Shown: positions 29,776-39,684 of the stretch, piece after piece
How positions within the stretch are numbered: the stretch's first letter is position 1
Layout of the letters: each line of letters opens with the position of its first letter
Source: Myxococcota bacterium
GTDB taxonomy: Bacteria; Myxococcota_A; UBA9160; UBA6930
Length of the DNA stretch: 64,000 bases
Assembly: GCA_965223415.1 (NCBI GenBank)
Contig: OZ245002.1
Span: 2,976,001-3,040,000 of the forward strand
Direction of reading: 5' to 3'
Program-made: the position numbers and the translations under genes
The notes under the pieces: model-generated
What the model was told of the DNA's origin: nothing
What the model saw: the letters and a program-made list of their open reading frames with translations, nothing else
Databases searched by the model: none

Positions 29776-30675
29776 TCAGCTCTTGCGGCGCGGTCGCTTG
29801 GACTTGCGAGGGCTCTTCTTCGTTGCCCTCTTCGAGGCTCTGGTCTTGGTCTTGGTCTTGGTCTTGGTCTTGGACCTGGGTGAAGCGGGCTTCTTCGCTC
29901 GCGCTGCGCCCGGCTTCTTCCTCCTCGTTCGTCGGCCCACGTCTCCCGCGTCGATGTCCACGCCGAAGACGCCGGCCAGGTCGTCGGTCTCCAGCACGCG
30001 CGAGCGGCTCGATCTGCGCCTCGAAATCCCCTTCCCGAGGGCGTCCGTGACGAGCTCTCCGGGATCCACGCCGCGAAGACCGAACATCAGCTCGGGAGCG
30101 TCGTCAAGACGTGCGCCCACGCCATAGAGCACAGCAGCCACGTGCTTGCACAGCACCGCCCAATCCGGGCAGGAGCAGTCCAGAGCGATCTCCCGGGGAG
30201 CCGGGAAGAGGCCCTCCTTCCTCTTCGTCACGATCTCCATCACGCCGTCGGAGAGCTCGCCCCGCAGGAGTTCGACCAGCGTGTCGATCTGGCCGGCGCA
30301 ACGCGAACGGATACGCTTCCACTTCGCGGCGGAAAGCGGCTTGACTCGAAGCTCGACCTCGTAGAACTCGCTGCCGCTCACCAGCGCCGAGACGCTACCA
30401 CGATCGATCTGGAGATCGATCACCGATCCGTTCCGGACGTAGGTCTTCCCGCGCGGCAACCGGTTCGCGTAGTCGCTGTACGCCTCGATGTTCTCGCACC
30501 ACGCCCTGCCCCAGAACGTCCGGGCGATCCCGCGTCCCTGGATCACGATGGGATCCACCTCGCGACCCGACTCGCGCATCTGTGCGACCAGGCTCGCGGC
30601 CCGCCTGCGCCGTTCGCCCGCGGGGACGTAGGACCGCCATTCGAAGTCGGAACCTGCTTTCGATCGTCTTCTCAC
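29776..30675 (-). CDS. SWIM zinc-finger protein (YwqB-like) with basic low-complexity tail
   Basis: WGRAWC, NRLPRGKTY, CSCPDWAVLCKHVAA; GTG overlaps the SNF2 stop. Confidence 0.88.
   Translation of the reverse strand: MRRRSKAGSDFEWRSYVPAGERRRRAASLVAQMRESGREVDPIVIQGRGIARTFWGRAWCENIEAYSDYANRLPRGKTYVRNGSVIDLQIDRGSVSALVSGSEFYEVELRVKPLSAAKWKRIRSRCAGQIDTLVELLRGELSDGVMEIVTKRKEGLFPAPREIALDCSCPDWAVLCKHVAAVLYGVGARLDDAPELMFGLRGVDPGELVTDALGKGISRRRSSRSRVLETDDLAGVFGVDIDAGDVGRRTRRKKPGAARAKKPASPRSKTKTKTKTKTRASKRATKKSPRKSKRPRRKS
29842..29873. repeat. (GGTCTT)5 tandem repeat encoding KTKTKTKTK
   Basis: Read directly at 29842-29873. Confidence 0.9.
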
Positions 30676-33407
30676 GTGCCTCTCGCGCTTTGGAGATCGA
30701 GCGAGACGAAGGAGAGCAGCTCGCCGTTGCTCATCTCTGTCAGCCTCGCTTCTGGCGCCCCGGTTCCGATCACCGAATCCGCGAGCTCCTTCTTGCTCGA
30801 GATCAGCTCGTCGATGCGCTCCTCGACCGTTCCCTTGCAGACGAACTTCTGCACCAGCACGTTCCGTTTCTGACCGATCCGAAAGGCGCGATCGGTGGCC
30901 TGGTCCTCCACGGCCGGATTCCACCAGCGATCGAAGTGAACGACGTGAGAGGCGGCCGTCAGGTTGAGACCCGTGCCTCCCGCCTTCAATGAGAGCACCA
31001 TGAAGGGGATGCCGTCCCGCTCCTGGAACTCCTTTACGAGCTGCTGACGCTTCCGCACGGCCGTGCCTCCGTGCAGCACGTGTCCGGGGTTTCCGAAGCA
31101 GCGCGCGAGAAGGTCCGCCAGGGGCCCGGTCAACTCGCGGAACTGGGTGAACACGAGGACCTTCTCCTGGCGAGCGGCGATCGGCTCGCAGAGCTCGCGG
31201 AGCCGAGCGAACTTCCCGCTCGAATCCGAGGCGTATTCGCCGTCGCCGAGCCACTGGGAGGGATGGTTGCATATCTGCTTGAACCGGGTCAGGAAGGCCA
31301 ACACCACACCTCGCCGCTCGATTCCGTCCACTCCTCTCAGGGCCCGCTTCAGCTCGTCGACGGAAGCCTGGTAGAGGACAGCCTGCGACTTCTCGAGCAG
31401 GCAGTAGGCCGTCACCTCGGTCTTCTCCGGAAGATCGGAGATCACCTTCGGATCGGTCTTGAGGCGGCGGAGGGTGTAGGGCCGGACGAGCCGCCGAAGG
31501 AACGCGTAGCCGCCCTCCTTGCCGGCGCTCAAGGCCTTGCAGAAGCTCGCGAACTCCTTCGACGAGCCGAGCAGCCCCGGATTCAGGAAGTCGAAGATCG
31601 ACCAGAGGTCCCCGAGCTGGTTTTCCACCGGAGTGCCCGTGAGCGCGAGCTTCCACCGCGCGCGGAGCCGCTTGACGGCGCGCGTCTGCTTGGCGCTCGG
31701 GTTCTTGATGGCCTGGGCCTCGTCGAGGACGACGCAGCGCCAATCGCGCTCCTTCAGCGAAGTGCTGCGCAGTACCGTTCCGTAGGTAGTGACGACGGCG
31801 TCGTAGGCGGTGAACTCGCGCTCGGAGAGGCCCTCGAGCTGCCGAGTCGGAATCCGCGAGGGATGCGCGATCATCACCCGGAGCTGAGGCGCGAACCGGG
31901 CCAGCTCCGCACGCCAGTTCTCGACGAGAGAGGCGGGGACGACCAGGAGATCCGTGCCGGCCTCGCCGCGCCCACGGCGCAGCAGCGACAGGAGCGCGAT
32001 CACCTGGATCGTCTTCCCCAACCCCATGTCGTCGGCCAGGCAGCCCCCGAGCCGGAGGCGGCTCAGCGTCCAGAGCCACTCGACGCCGAGCTTCTGGTAG
32101 GGCCGCAGCTCCGCTCGGAGCCCGGCGCCCTGCTCGATCGCCCTTCGGATCCGAGGCGAGCGAAGCTCCTCCAGGGTGGACTCGAGCCATCGACCCGCCA
32201 CCACTTCGGACCAGTCGCGGCGAACGCCGTCGGTCCCGTGGGGTTCCTCTCTCTCGAGCTCCCCCCCGGCCAGCAGGCGCATCGCCTGCGCGAAGCTCAC
32301 GCCTTCGGCTCCGGCTGCCGCCTGGACCTCGCGCCAGTGCTCCATGACCTCGCCCAGCCGATCGGCGTCGACCTCGACCCACTTGCCCTTGACCAGGACC
32401 AGCCGCTCGCTCGACGCGAGCAACGCCCGAACGTCCCGTTTCGAGAGCCTCTCGCCGTCGAGCGTCAAGGACACGTCCAAGTCGAGCATCGCGTCGACGC
32501 CGAGCCGAGAAGGGGACTTCCCACCGACGGAGACGGAGACCAGGGGCCGGCGACGACGGTCCGCGTTCCACCAGTCCGGCAGGCGGACCGCCACACCAGC
32601 CTGCTCGAAACGCTCGACCTCGCTCAGGAAGGCGTGCGCCTCGTTCGGCGTCCACGCGAGAGGATGGTAGACGTCGCCGGAGTCCACGAGCTCCCGGATC
32701 AGCTCGCTACGCTCCGCGGCGCGCTGGAGAGGAGCGAGCAGGGCCAGGAGCTGCCTTCTCCTGCCGGCGTACTCCTGCAACGCGTCGCCGAGCGGCACGT
32801 ACTGGAGCTTGGCCTCCCGGGGAGTCTGGCGCGCGTATGTGGCGATGAACGCGAAGGGGCACTCCGGGTCGCCCTTGTTCTCGGCCAGGTGGAAGCACAC
32901 GCGACCCACCACGTTCCAGACCGAGTCGTGCGCCTCGAGAAAGCCCTGGACCCCGGCTTTGCGTCGTCCGGCCTCGGCCTCGAGCGCCCTGCCCGCGTCG
33001 ACCCAGACCTCAGCCAGCAGGCCCTCGTCCACGAACTCTGCGCCCCGCATCGGCGGCACGGCGGCTGCAAGCTCGCACAGTTCCTCGACGTCGGCTTTGG
33101 GCACCATGAAGGAACCGGGATCCATCGGATCGAGGGCGCCGCACGCGGCCGCGACGAGCCGCTGTCCCAGATCCCGCCAGAAGCCGAGGGTGGGACCCAG
33201 TGCCGTACCGAGCTCCGCAGCGCCCAGATGAAGCACGCCGTGGCCCCGACCCTTGTCGAACGCCCGAACGATGCGCTCTTCGGCGGCCTCGGGAAGACCG
33301 CCTCCGCCCTCCGCCGGGACGCGACGAAGACGGACACGACCGGCGGGTGTGAGCATGCACTCGAGCTCGCGAGCTCCTTCGGAAGGAGATGTGCTCTCTC
33401 CGGTCAC
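30672..33407 (-). CDS. SNF2-family (YwqA-like) helicase/ATPase
   Basis: LRPYQ, LADDMGLGKT, LDEAQAIKN, LTGTPVEN, WWNPAVEDQATDRAFRIGQ; start approximate. Confidence 0.92.
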   Translation of the reverse strand: MTGESTSPSEGARELECMLTPAGRVRLRRVPAEGGGGLPEAAEERIVRAFDKGRGHGVLHLGAAELGTALGPTLGFWRDLGQRLVAAACGALDPMDPGSFMVPKADVEELCELAAAVPPMRGAEFVDEGLLAEVWVDAGRALEAEAGRRKAGVQGFLEAHDSVWNVVGRVCFHLAENKGDPECPFAFIATYARQTPREAKLQYVPLGDALQEYAGRRRQLLALLAPLQRAAERSELIRELVDSGDVYHPLAWTPNEAHAFLSEVERFEQAGVAVRLPDWWNADRRRRPLVSVSVGGKSPSRLGVDAMLDLDVSLTLDGERLSKRDVRALLASSERLVLVKGKWVEVDADRLGEVMEHWREVQAAAGAEGVSFAQAMRLLAGGELEREEPHGTDGVRRDWSEVVAGRWLESTLEELRSPRIRRAIEQGAGLRAELRPYQKLGVEWLWTLSRLRLGGCLADDMGLGKTIQVIALLSLLRRGRGEAGTDLLVVPASLVENWRAELARFAPQLRVMIAHPSRIPTRQLEGLSEREFTAYDAVVTTYGTVLRSTSLKERDWRCVVLDEAQAIKNPSAKQTRAVKRLRARWKLALTGTPVENQLGDLWSIFDFLNPGLLGSSKEFASFCKALSAGKEGGYAFLRRLVRPYTLRRLKTDPKVISDLPEKTEVTAYCLLEKSQAVLYQASVDELKRALRGVDGIERRGVVLAFLTRFKQICNHPSQWLGDGEYASDSSGKFARLRELCEPIAARQEKVLVFTQFRELTGPLADLLARCFGNPGHVLHGGTAVRKRQQLVKEFQERDGIPFMVLSLKAGGTGLNLTAASHVVHFDRWWNPAVEDQATDRAFRIGQKRNVLVQKFVCKGTVEERIDELISSKKELADSVIGTGAPEARLTEMSNGELLSFVSLDLQSARGT

Positions 33408-33412
33408 GGAAG

Positions 33413-35725
33413 TCAGTCCAGGCCGAGCTCCCGGCGGATGCTCGAGAAATCGAAGCAGGTCTCGCCGGCGCGGCGCCGCTCGCTGTTCTCCATGCTCTTC
33501 AGGAGCAGATCCACCGCCTCCCTGCCGTCTCGGGTTCGCGCCGCTTCCCGAGGCGTCTTCCCATCGAGGGCCGGAAGCGATTCGTCGGACCAGCCGGCGT
33601 AGTGGCGCTCCTTGAACTCGAGGGCGAGCGGGGCCGGCTGGGGCGAGACGGGTTCGGGCTCGGCCGCGCCCGCCAGTGCGACGTCGGACAGCGGATCCTC
33701 GTGGTCGCGAACGCGGTGGCGCAGGAGCCCGGTGCAGGCCTCCTCGATCCGCCCGCGCAGGGTGTCCGCGCGCTCGGGAGAGCTGGTCTCCACAAGCAGG
33801 AAGCGTTCGGCGAGCACGGCCCGGCCGACGGCCGTGTTGTCCCAGCTCTCGTGCCTGCGGTTGCCGGCGACGATGAAGACAAAGACATCCGACCCGGGCG
33901 CCGATTCGTCCACTTCCGCGCCGTCCATGGAGGCGAGACGTGCCGCCACCTCCGAACGCGCGCCCGCCTCGAAATCGAAGCGGTCGGTGGTCATCAGCAG
34001 GGGGTCGCCGTCCGTGTTGCGCACCTCCGGCGGAGTCGACGCTCTCAGGCCGACGTCGGCGAGGGCTTCCTCCCAACGCCGGATCAGATAGCGCCCGATC
34101 GCGTCGTCGCGCAGCCGCTCCACGGGGACGGCGCGCTTGCGGCGGAGACGCCCCCGAGCCCGGCGAACGACCTCTGCCGCCGGAACCGGCGGGAGGTGAT
34201 GGGGATGGAGGCCGTCGATGAGCGACAATCCGTCGTGGTCGACGATTCGCGCGAGAACGGCGTCGTGCAAGACGAGCGACCGCGATGCCGTCACTTCCTC
34301 GACGCAGCGCTCCTCGTCGGACAGGGCGTCCCGGAGCGTGATCGTCTTGCCGGGCTCGACGTCCGCCACTTCCCAGACGGAGAGCCAGGCAGCCGCCTGA
34401 GCGGCGTACCACTTGCGGTCCGCCTCCGGCATCGTCTCTCCGCGCTCTTCGAGAAGCCATTCCACGGCGGTCCGCCCGTCGATGCGGAACCCGAAGATCG
34501 CCCAGGGGAGTGCGAGCTGGAGCGCGGACGGCAGATCCTGGAAATCGCGCTCGAAGCGACGCCAGCCGTCGCCGAAGCGTTCTTCCGCGAAGTCGAAGAG
34601 CGCCTGGATCCGAGACGTCACCGCCTCCTGCCGGGCGCGAAAGACGGGACCGAGATCCGGAACGTCCTCGCGCTCGGACAGCGGAGGCAGGAGAAACGGG
34701 AATTCCTCGAAGGGTACGGTGATTCGGACCTCCCGCCCCTGTGGATCGGAGTAGGTCTCCGTGACCGGCGCGACCCCGTCCAGATCGAACGCCTCCGGGT
34801 GGGCCTCGCAGAACATGGCGACGGCCCGGGCGCCGGCCGCCGCGATCTCGACATCGCGCTGATCGAGCGACCGGGGCGTACCGTCGCGCTCACAGTGAAG
34901 GAGGAAGGGGTAGGCTTCGGCGCCTGCAACAGGCCACCGGTGGGCCTCGATCTCGCGCCGCATCTCCCTCGGAATCTCGGCGCCGGCCTCGAAGTTCAAC
35001 GCCAGCCAGCCGGTTCCGAAGTCCAACGGCGCCGTCTCCGCCGCCCGCTCTTCGGCGACCCGCAGGAAGGCGTCGTAGGCCGAGAGCGAGGGGAAGTTGA
35101 TCAGGCCCAGGCTCTCGCCGAGATACCCGATCACGGACAAGCACGCGCCCTCGACCCCCAGCTCGGGAATGTCCATGCGCAAGGTCTGGTCGTCGGTGAG
35201 GGTCTGCCACGGGGCGATTCGATAGAGCTCGGCGGCGGCGGCGAACAGCTCGGCTATGGACTCGGGCGGGAGGCCGTCCTCCAGGTAGCTCGGCGGCAGC
35301 GTCTCGGTCGAGAAGAACGCCTCCAGCATCTGCCGGAAGACCTCATCGAGCTCCGGGGTCGGGGCGACCTCGACCGCAATGGCGTCGCCGAGCGTTGCGC
35401 GGAGCTCCCCGACGAAGAAGGGGTCGGCGATCCGGACGCGGTCGGGCGCGCGAACGGCGCCGGGGAGGGGCCTCTCGAGGGCGCCCATCAACGTCTCGGC
35501 GAGTGCGGTCTCCGCCCGATAGGACGCCACCACGTCCTGGCCGACGATCAGACCACTGCGCTGGTCCATCCAGAGCACGAAGGCGGGGTGCCGCAGATCC
35601 TCGTCGTCGTTGACCTCGATCGGCGGCGAGAACACGCCGCCCACCCACAAGCGCCGCTTCGTGCGCCGCCCGGCCGCGCGTTCCTTCCGCTTTTCTGCTT
35701 GTCGTCTCAGACGCCGCATGGACAT
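33413..35725 (-). CDS. Multidomain hypothetical protein with C-terminal Xre/MbcA/ParS-antitoxin-like motif
   Basis: Long ORF with coding-like composition; C-terminal WSDESLPALDGKTPREAA...IRRELGL; 5-nt gap to the SNF2 gene. Confidence 0.65.
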   Translation of the reverse strand: MSMRRLRRQAEKRKERAAGRRTKRRLWVGGVFSPPIEVNDDEDLRHPAFVLWMDQRSGLIVGQDVVASYRAETALAETLMGALERPLPGAVRAPDRVRIADPFFVGELRATLGDAIAVEVAPTPELDEVFRQMLEAFFSTETLPPSYLEDGLPPESIAELFAAAAELYRIAPWQTLTDDQTLRMDIPELGVEGACLSVIGYLGESLGLINFPSLSAYDAFLRVAEERAAETAPLDFGTGWLALNFEAGAEIPREMRREIEAHRWPVAGAEAYPFLLHCERDGTPRSLDQRDVEIAAAGARAVAMFCEAHPEAFDLDGVAPVTETYSDPQGREVRITVPFEEFPFLLPPLSEREDVPDLGPVFRARQEAVTSRIQALFDFAEERFGDGWRRFERDFQDLPSALQLALPWAIFGFRIDGRTAVEWLLEERGETMPEADRKWYAAQAAAWLSVWEVADVEPGKTITLRDALSDEERCVEEVTASRSLVLHDAVLARIVDHDGLSLIDGLHPHHLPPVPAAEVVRRARGRLRRKRAVPVERLRDDAIGRYLIRRWEEALADVGLRASTPPEVRNTDGDPLLMTTDRFDFEAGARSEVAARLASMDGAEVDESAPGSDVFVFIVAGNRRHESWDNTAVGRAVLAERFLLVETSSPERADTLRGRIEEACTGLLRHRVRDHEDPLSDVALAGAAEPEPVSPQPAPLALEFKERHYAGWSDESLPALDGKTPREAARTRDGREAVDLLLKSMENSERRRAGETCFDFSSIRRELGLD

Positions 35726-35817
35726 GGTCGACTCCGTAGATCTCTGGGGAAGGTACTGCACCCGTCGGGCGGGACGACCGCTGGCGACCCGACGGTGGGA
35801 TCGGGCATCTTCGGAGC

Positions 35818-36588
35818 ATGCCTACTGACCACCCCGCCGCCAGTGCGGCAGCCCTCGACGAAGTTCGGTCTTGGATCGACGCCGCCGAGCGCATCGTGGT
35901 GCTCACCGGTGCCGGCATCTCCACCGACTCGGGAATCCCCGACTTCCGCGGCCCCCAGGGCGTGTGGACGAAGGACCCCGAGGCGGAGAAGATGTCCGAC
36001 ATCCGCTACTACGTGGCGGACCCGGAGATCCGCCGCCGCTCGTGGCGGGCGAAGCTGGCCGGCGCCGAGCTGAAGCGGACACCGAACGCCGGCCACCGCG
36101 CCCTCACCGCTCTCGACCGGCGCGGCAAGCTCCACCTGCTCGTCACCCAGAACGTCGACGGCCTCCACCACGACGCCGGCAGCGACCCGGAGCGCATCGT
36201 CGAGATCCACGGGACCCTGCGCGAGTACGCCTGCCTCGATTGCGGCGACCGCGGCCCGATCGGCCTCGTCTTCGACCGCGTGCGCGGCGGCGAGGACGAC
36301 CCCGCTTGCAAGGAGTGCGGAGGCATCCTCAAGTCCGCCACCATCTCCTTCGGCCAGGGCCTCGTCGCCGAAGACCTGGAACGCGCCGACCACGCCGCCC
36401 GGAGCTGCGACCTGCTCCTGGCGGTGGGCTCGACCCTCAGCGTCCAGCCGATCGCGGGCGTCGTACCGCTCGCGCGGCAGTGCGGGGCGAGGATCGTGAT
36501 CGTGAACGGCGAGCCGACGGCGATGGACGAGCTGGCGGACGCCGTCGTGCGCGGGTCGATCAGCGAGGTGCTGGAGCGGATCCTGTAG
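35818..36588 (+). CDS. cobB: NAD-dependent protein deacylase (sirtuin)
   Basis: GAGISTDSGIPDFRG, TQNVDGLH, HG, CxxC...CxxC, VGST. Confidence 0.92.
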   Translation: MPTDHPAASAAALDEVRSWIDAAERIVVLTGAGISTDSGIPDFRGPQGVWTKDPEAEKMSDIRYYVADPEIRRRSWRAKLAGAELKRTPNAGHRALTALDRRGKLHLLVTQNVDGLHHDAGSDPERIVEIHGTLREYACLDCGDRGPIGLVFDRVRGGEDDPACKECGGILKSATISFGQGLVAEDLERADHAARSCDLLLAVGSTLSVQPIAGVVPLARQCGARIVIVNGEPTAMDELADAVVRGSISEVLERIL

Positions 36589-37039
36589 ACGCGCCCCCGG
36601 CCTTCGCCTTCAAGGCCGCCAGGATCTCCTGGTACACCTGGTTGTGCCCCTTCTCGCCGCCGAGCAGGAAGCCGATGTGCATGAGGAGGCTGTTCGAGCG
36701 CACGCTGCAGACGAAGGACACCTTCGTCTCCTCCGGACCCAGCGGCTCGAACTCCCAGCGACCCTGGCCGATGAGGTCGCCGCCGTCGTAGGTCTCCTCG
36801 ATGGCCCGGGGCGCATCGATCTTCCGGATCGTGCGGACGAAGCGCGACTTCACCGGCGAGCCCGCCGGCGAGAGCACGTGGTTCAGGCGCGCGCCCACGG
36901 CGACCTCGCCGCCACCCTCCACCTCGACCCGGTAGGGCGGGTACCACTCGTGCATCCGCGGGTAGTCGAGGATGATCGCGAAGAGCCGCTCGGCCGGCGC
37001 GGGGATCACGAGACTGTCGACGGTATCGAAGCTCGGCAT
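36560..37039 (-). CDS. SRPBCC/polyketide cyclase family protein
   Basis: IPAPAERLFAIILDYPRMHEWYP N-terminal pattern. Confidence 0.75.
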   Translation of the reverse strand: MPSFDTVDSLVIPAPAERLFAIILDYPRMHEWYPPYRVEVEGGGEVAVGARLNHVLSPAGSPVKSRFVRTIRKIDAPRAIEETYDGGDLIGQGRWEFEPLGPEETKVSFVCSVRSNSLLMHIGFLLGGEKGHNQVYQEILAALKAKAGGASTGSAPAPR

Positions 37040-37089
37040 GGCGTCAGTGTAGCCTGCGAGCTGCCTCGGGTGCGCGGTAGGCTCGCGGC

Positions 37090-38238
37090 ATGAAGCCCGA
37101 TCGCCTGGCCATCGCCCGCGATCTCCTCCTGCTGACGCCCCGGCTCGCGCGCGCCTGCCTGCGTGTGCAGTGGCACCGGTGGTTCGACCGCCCGGCGGAC
37201 CGGCTGCGGAAGTTCACCGAGGTTCCCTGGCTCGCCGCGAAGATGGGCGTGGCTCAGGGGAGCATCGCCGGCGCCCGCATCGAGGAAGTCCACTCCGGAA
37301 CGGCCAGCCGCTCCCGGCTCCACCTCGACTACACGGGCGAGCCTGTCGGGCCCACGTCGTACTTCATCAAGTCCCGAGCCCCGGACTTCGGCTCGATGCT
37401 GTTCGGCGTCCTCTTCGACCTGGGCGCCAACGAGGTGAGCTTCTACCGCCACCTGCGCAGCGAGTCGCCGGTGAAGTCGCCGGAGGTACTGCACTGCGAA
37501 GGCGGCTCCGCGGACTACGTGATGCTCCTCGAGGACCTGACCGACCAGGGCTGCAGCTTCCAGGACCTCGCCTCGAAGTGCAGCGCGAACGAGGCCCACC
37601 TCGTCATCGCCACCCTGGCGCGCCTCCACGCCGCCTTCTGGGAGAGCCCGCGTTTCCACACCGACCTGGCCTGGGTGAACCGCCTCGAGACGAACCGGGA
37701 CCACCGTTTGCTCGAGCTCGTGCGCAACGTGGCCGTCCCGATCGCCTTCGAGAAGTACGGCGACGTTCTTCCCGAGGAGATCCGCGCTGTCGTACCGCAC
37801 CTGATGCGGAACTACCTCCGCCTGGAGGAGCAGTGGGCCCGGGGCCCGCGGACGCTTCTCCACGGTGACGCGCATCTCGGCAACATGTACTTCCAGGCGG
37901 GCGAGGCAGGGCTCCTGGACTGGCAGGTGTGCCAGCTCGGCCAGGGCATGCGCGACGTCACCTACTTCCTGATCAACTCGCTCGAGGAGGACATCCGGCT
38001 AGAGCACCAGGAGGCGCTCATCCGGCACTACCTGGCGATCCTGACCGAGCGGGGGGTCGGTCTCGACTTCGACACGGCGTGGCGGCAGTACCGGCTTCAG
38101 AGCGTTTACGCGTGGATCGCGGGGGTGGTGACGGCGCCTAGCAACTTCCAACCGGAGAGCGTGGTGGCGGCGGGGCTTCGGCGGGCGTGCGAGGCGATCC
38201 TGGATCTGGATGCGGTGGAGCTGATCCGAAGGCTTTAG
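37090..38238 (+). CDS. APH/EcKinase-like phosphotransferase
   Basis: LLEDL, LARLHAAFW, TLLHGDAHLGN, LDWQ. Confidence 0.88.
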   Translation: MKPDRLAIARDLLLLTPRLARACLRVQWHRWFDRPADRLRKFTEVPWLAAKMGVAQGSIAGARIEEVHSGTASRSRLHLDYTGEPVGPTSYFIKSRAPDFGSMLFGVLFDLGANEVSFYRHLRSESPVKSPEVLHCEGGSADYVMLLEDLTDQGCSFQDLASKCSANEAHLVIATLARLHAAFWESPRFHTDLAWVNRLETNRDHRLLELVRNVAVPIAFEKYGDVLPEEIRAVVPHLMRNYLRLEEQWARGPRTLLHGDAHLGNMYFQAGEAGLLDWQVCQLGQGMRDVTYFLINSLEEDIRLEHQEALIRHYLAILTERGVGLDFDTAWRQYRLQSVYAWIAGVVTAPSNFQPESVVAAGLRRACEAILDLDAVELIRRL

Positions 38239-38326
38239 GGCGCGTCGAAGCCTGGCGCAGCCCGTGAATCGCATCCCGACCCCCGACGGAGTACGCTCGG
38301 CACTCACTCGCCGAATCGAGGAAGTC

Positions 38327-39484
38327 ATGACCGACAACGACGCCGCGATGCGCAAGCACGCCGCGGGCACGCCGATGCCCGAGTTCCCGGAGCCCGCGTT
38401 CACCAAGCCGCCGGCCCTGCGCGACGCCAAGGTCGCCATCGTCACGAGCGCCGCACTCGTGCGGGAAGGCGGTGAGCCCTGGCAGTCCGAAGACTTCCAC
38501 TTCGAGGTGATCCCCGACGAGGCTCGAGACCTGAAGCTCGGCCATCTGAGCCCGAACTTCGACCGCTCCGGCTTCGCGAGCGACATCAACGTCGTGTACC
38601 CCGTCGACCGCCTGCACGAGCTGGCCGAACGGGGCGTGGTGGGAAGCGTCGCGAAGCATCACTACGCCTTCGCGGGCAACCAGCCCGATACGCTCTCGGA
38701 GCTGCGCCACGACACCGGCCCCCAGTGCGCGCGAAAGATGCTCGACGAGGGCGTCGACGTCGTACTGCTCACCCCCGTCTGACCCCTGTGCCCGCGTACC
38801 GTGTGTACGCTCGCCCACGTCTTCGAAGCTGCGGGTCTCGCGACCGTCGTCCTCTCCGCGATCCGACCCGTCGCCGAGAAGATGAAGCCGCCGCGCGCGC
38901 TTCACTGCGAGTTCCCCCTCGGCCGCCCCCTGGGCAAGCCCCGGGATGCCGAGTACCAGCATCGCGTGCTGGCCGACGCGTTCGCGCTGCTCGAGCGCCC
39001 GACCGGCCCGGTGTTGGAGGACTTCCCGGAGACGATCGAAAGCGCGGACGAGGCACCGCTCGCCTGCGCCTTGCCGCCGCGCCACGACGCCGACCTGCCC
39101 CCCGCCGTGGACGAGGCCAGGGGCCTGCGACCGGCCTACGACCGCGCCCTCGCAGCGAGCGGCCGCACCTCCGTCGGGCGCGTCATCGGGCCCGACGCCA
39201 TCCCGGACGCGATCGGCGCCTTCGTGCGGATCGCCGAGGGAACCCCGTGGAAGGAAGCGGGCCTGCCCTCGCTACCGATGGCCGTCGTCCACGACATCCG
39301 CGCCTACTACGAAGAGCTCGCCCTCGAGCTGGCCGACGGCGCGCCCGCAGCCTGGGCCGCGGAGCGCTGGTTCTACGACGAGACCAAGGCGGGCCGGGCC
39401 ATCCTCGAGGCGCGGCGGGCGATGAGGGATGCGGAGGCACCCTTCCCGATGTGGTTCTACATGGCGCCTGGGGCGCGCAGCTGA
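38327..39484 (+). CDS. Selenoprotein: GrdB/PrdB (glycine/proline reductase selenoprotein B)-like, UxxC, Sec at TGA 38780-38782
   Basis: ORFs 38264..38782 and 38801..39484 are in frame; VDVVLLTPV-U-PLCPRTV...EAAGLATV...PPRAL...FPLGRPLG; DINVVYPVDRLHELA motif. Confidence 0.9.
38780..38810 (+). promoter_or_regulatory. Putative bacterial SECIS element
   Basis: UGA CCCCUGUGCCC GCGUAC-CGUGU-GUACGC: 6-bp stem, loop starts 17 nt after the UGA with G at loop position 2. Confidence 0.7.
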
Positions 39485-39684
39485 CGCTCGGCGCGAACGC
39501 TCCCCGGGGAGTTCCGGCCTAGCAGGACCGTAGGCGGCTCACCCGTCGCGATGTGGACCTCCGGACCCGGCGCCAGACGCCGCAGAGCGCGGGGAGCTCG
39601 GGCCCCAGCCCGCAGCTGGGGCCGCCGCCACTACCCTGGGACCCGTAGGCGCCCGTGTCGCATGCGGGGCCGGAGGGCCGTTCC

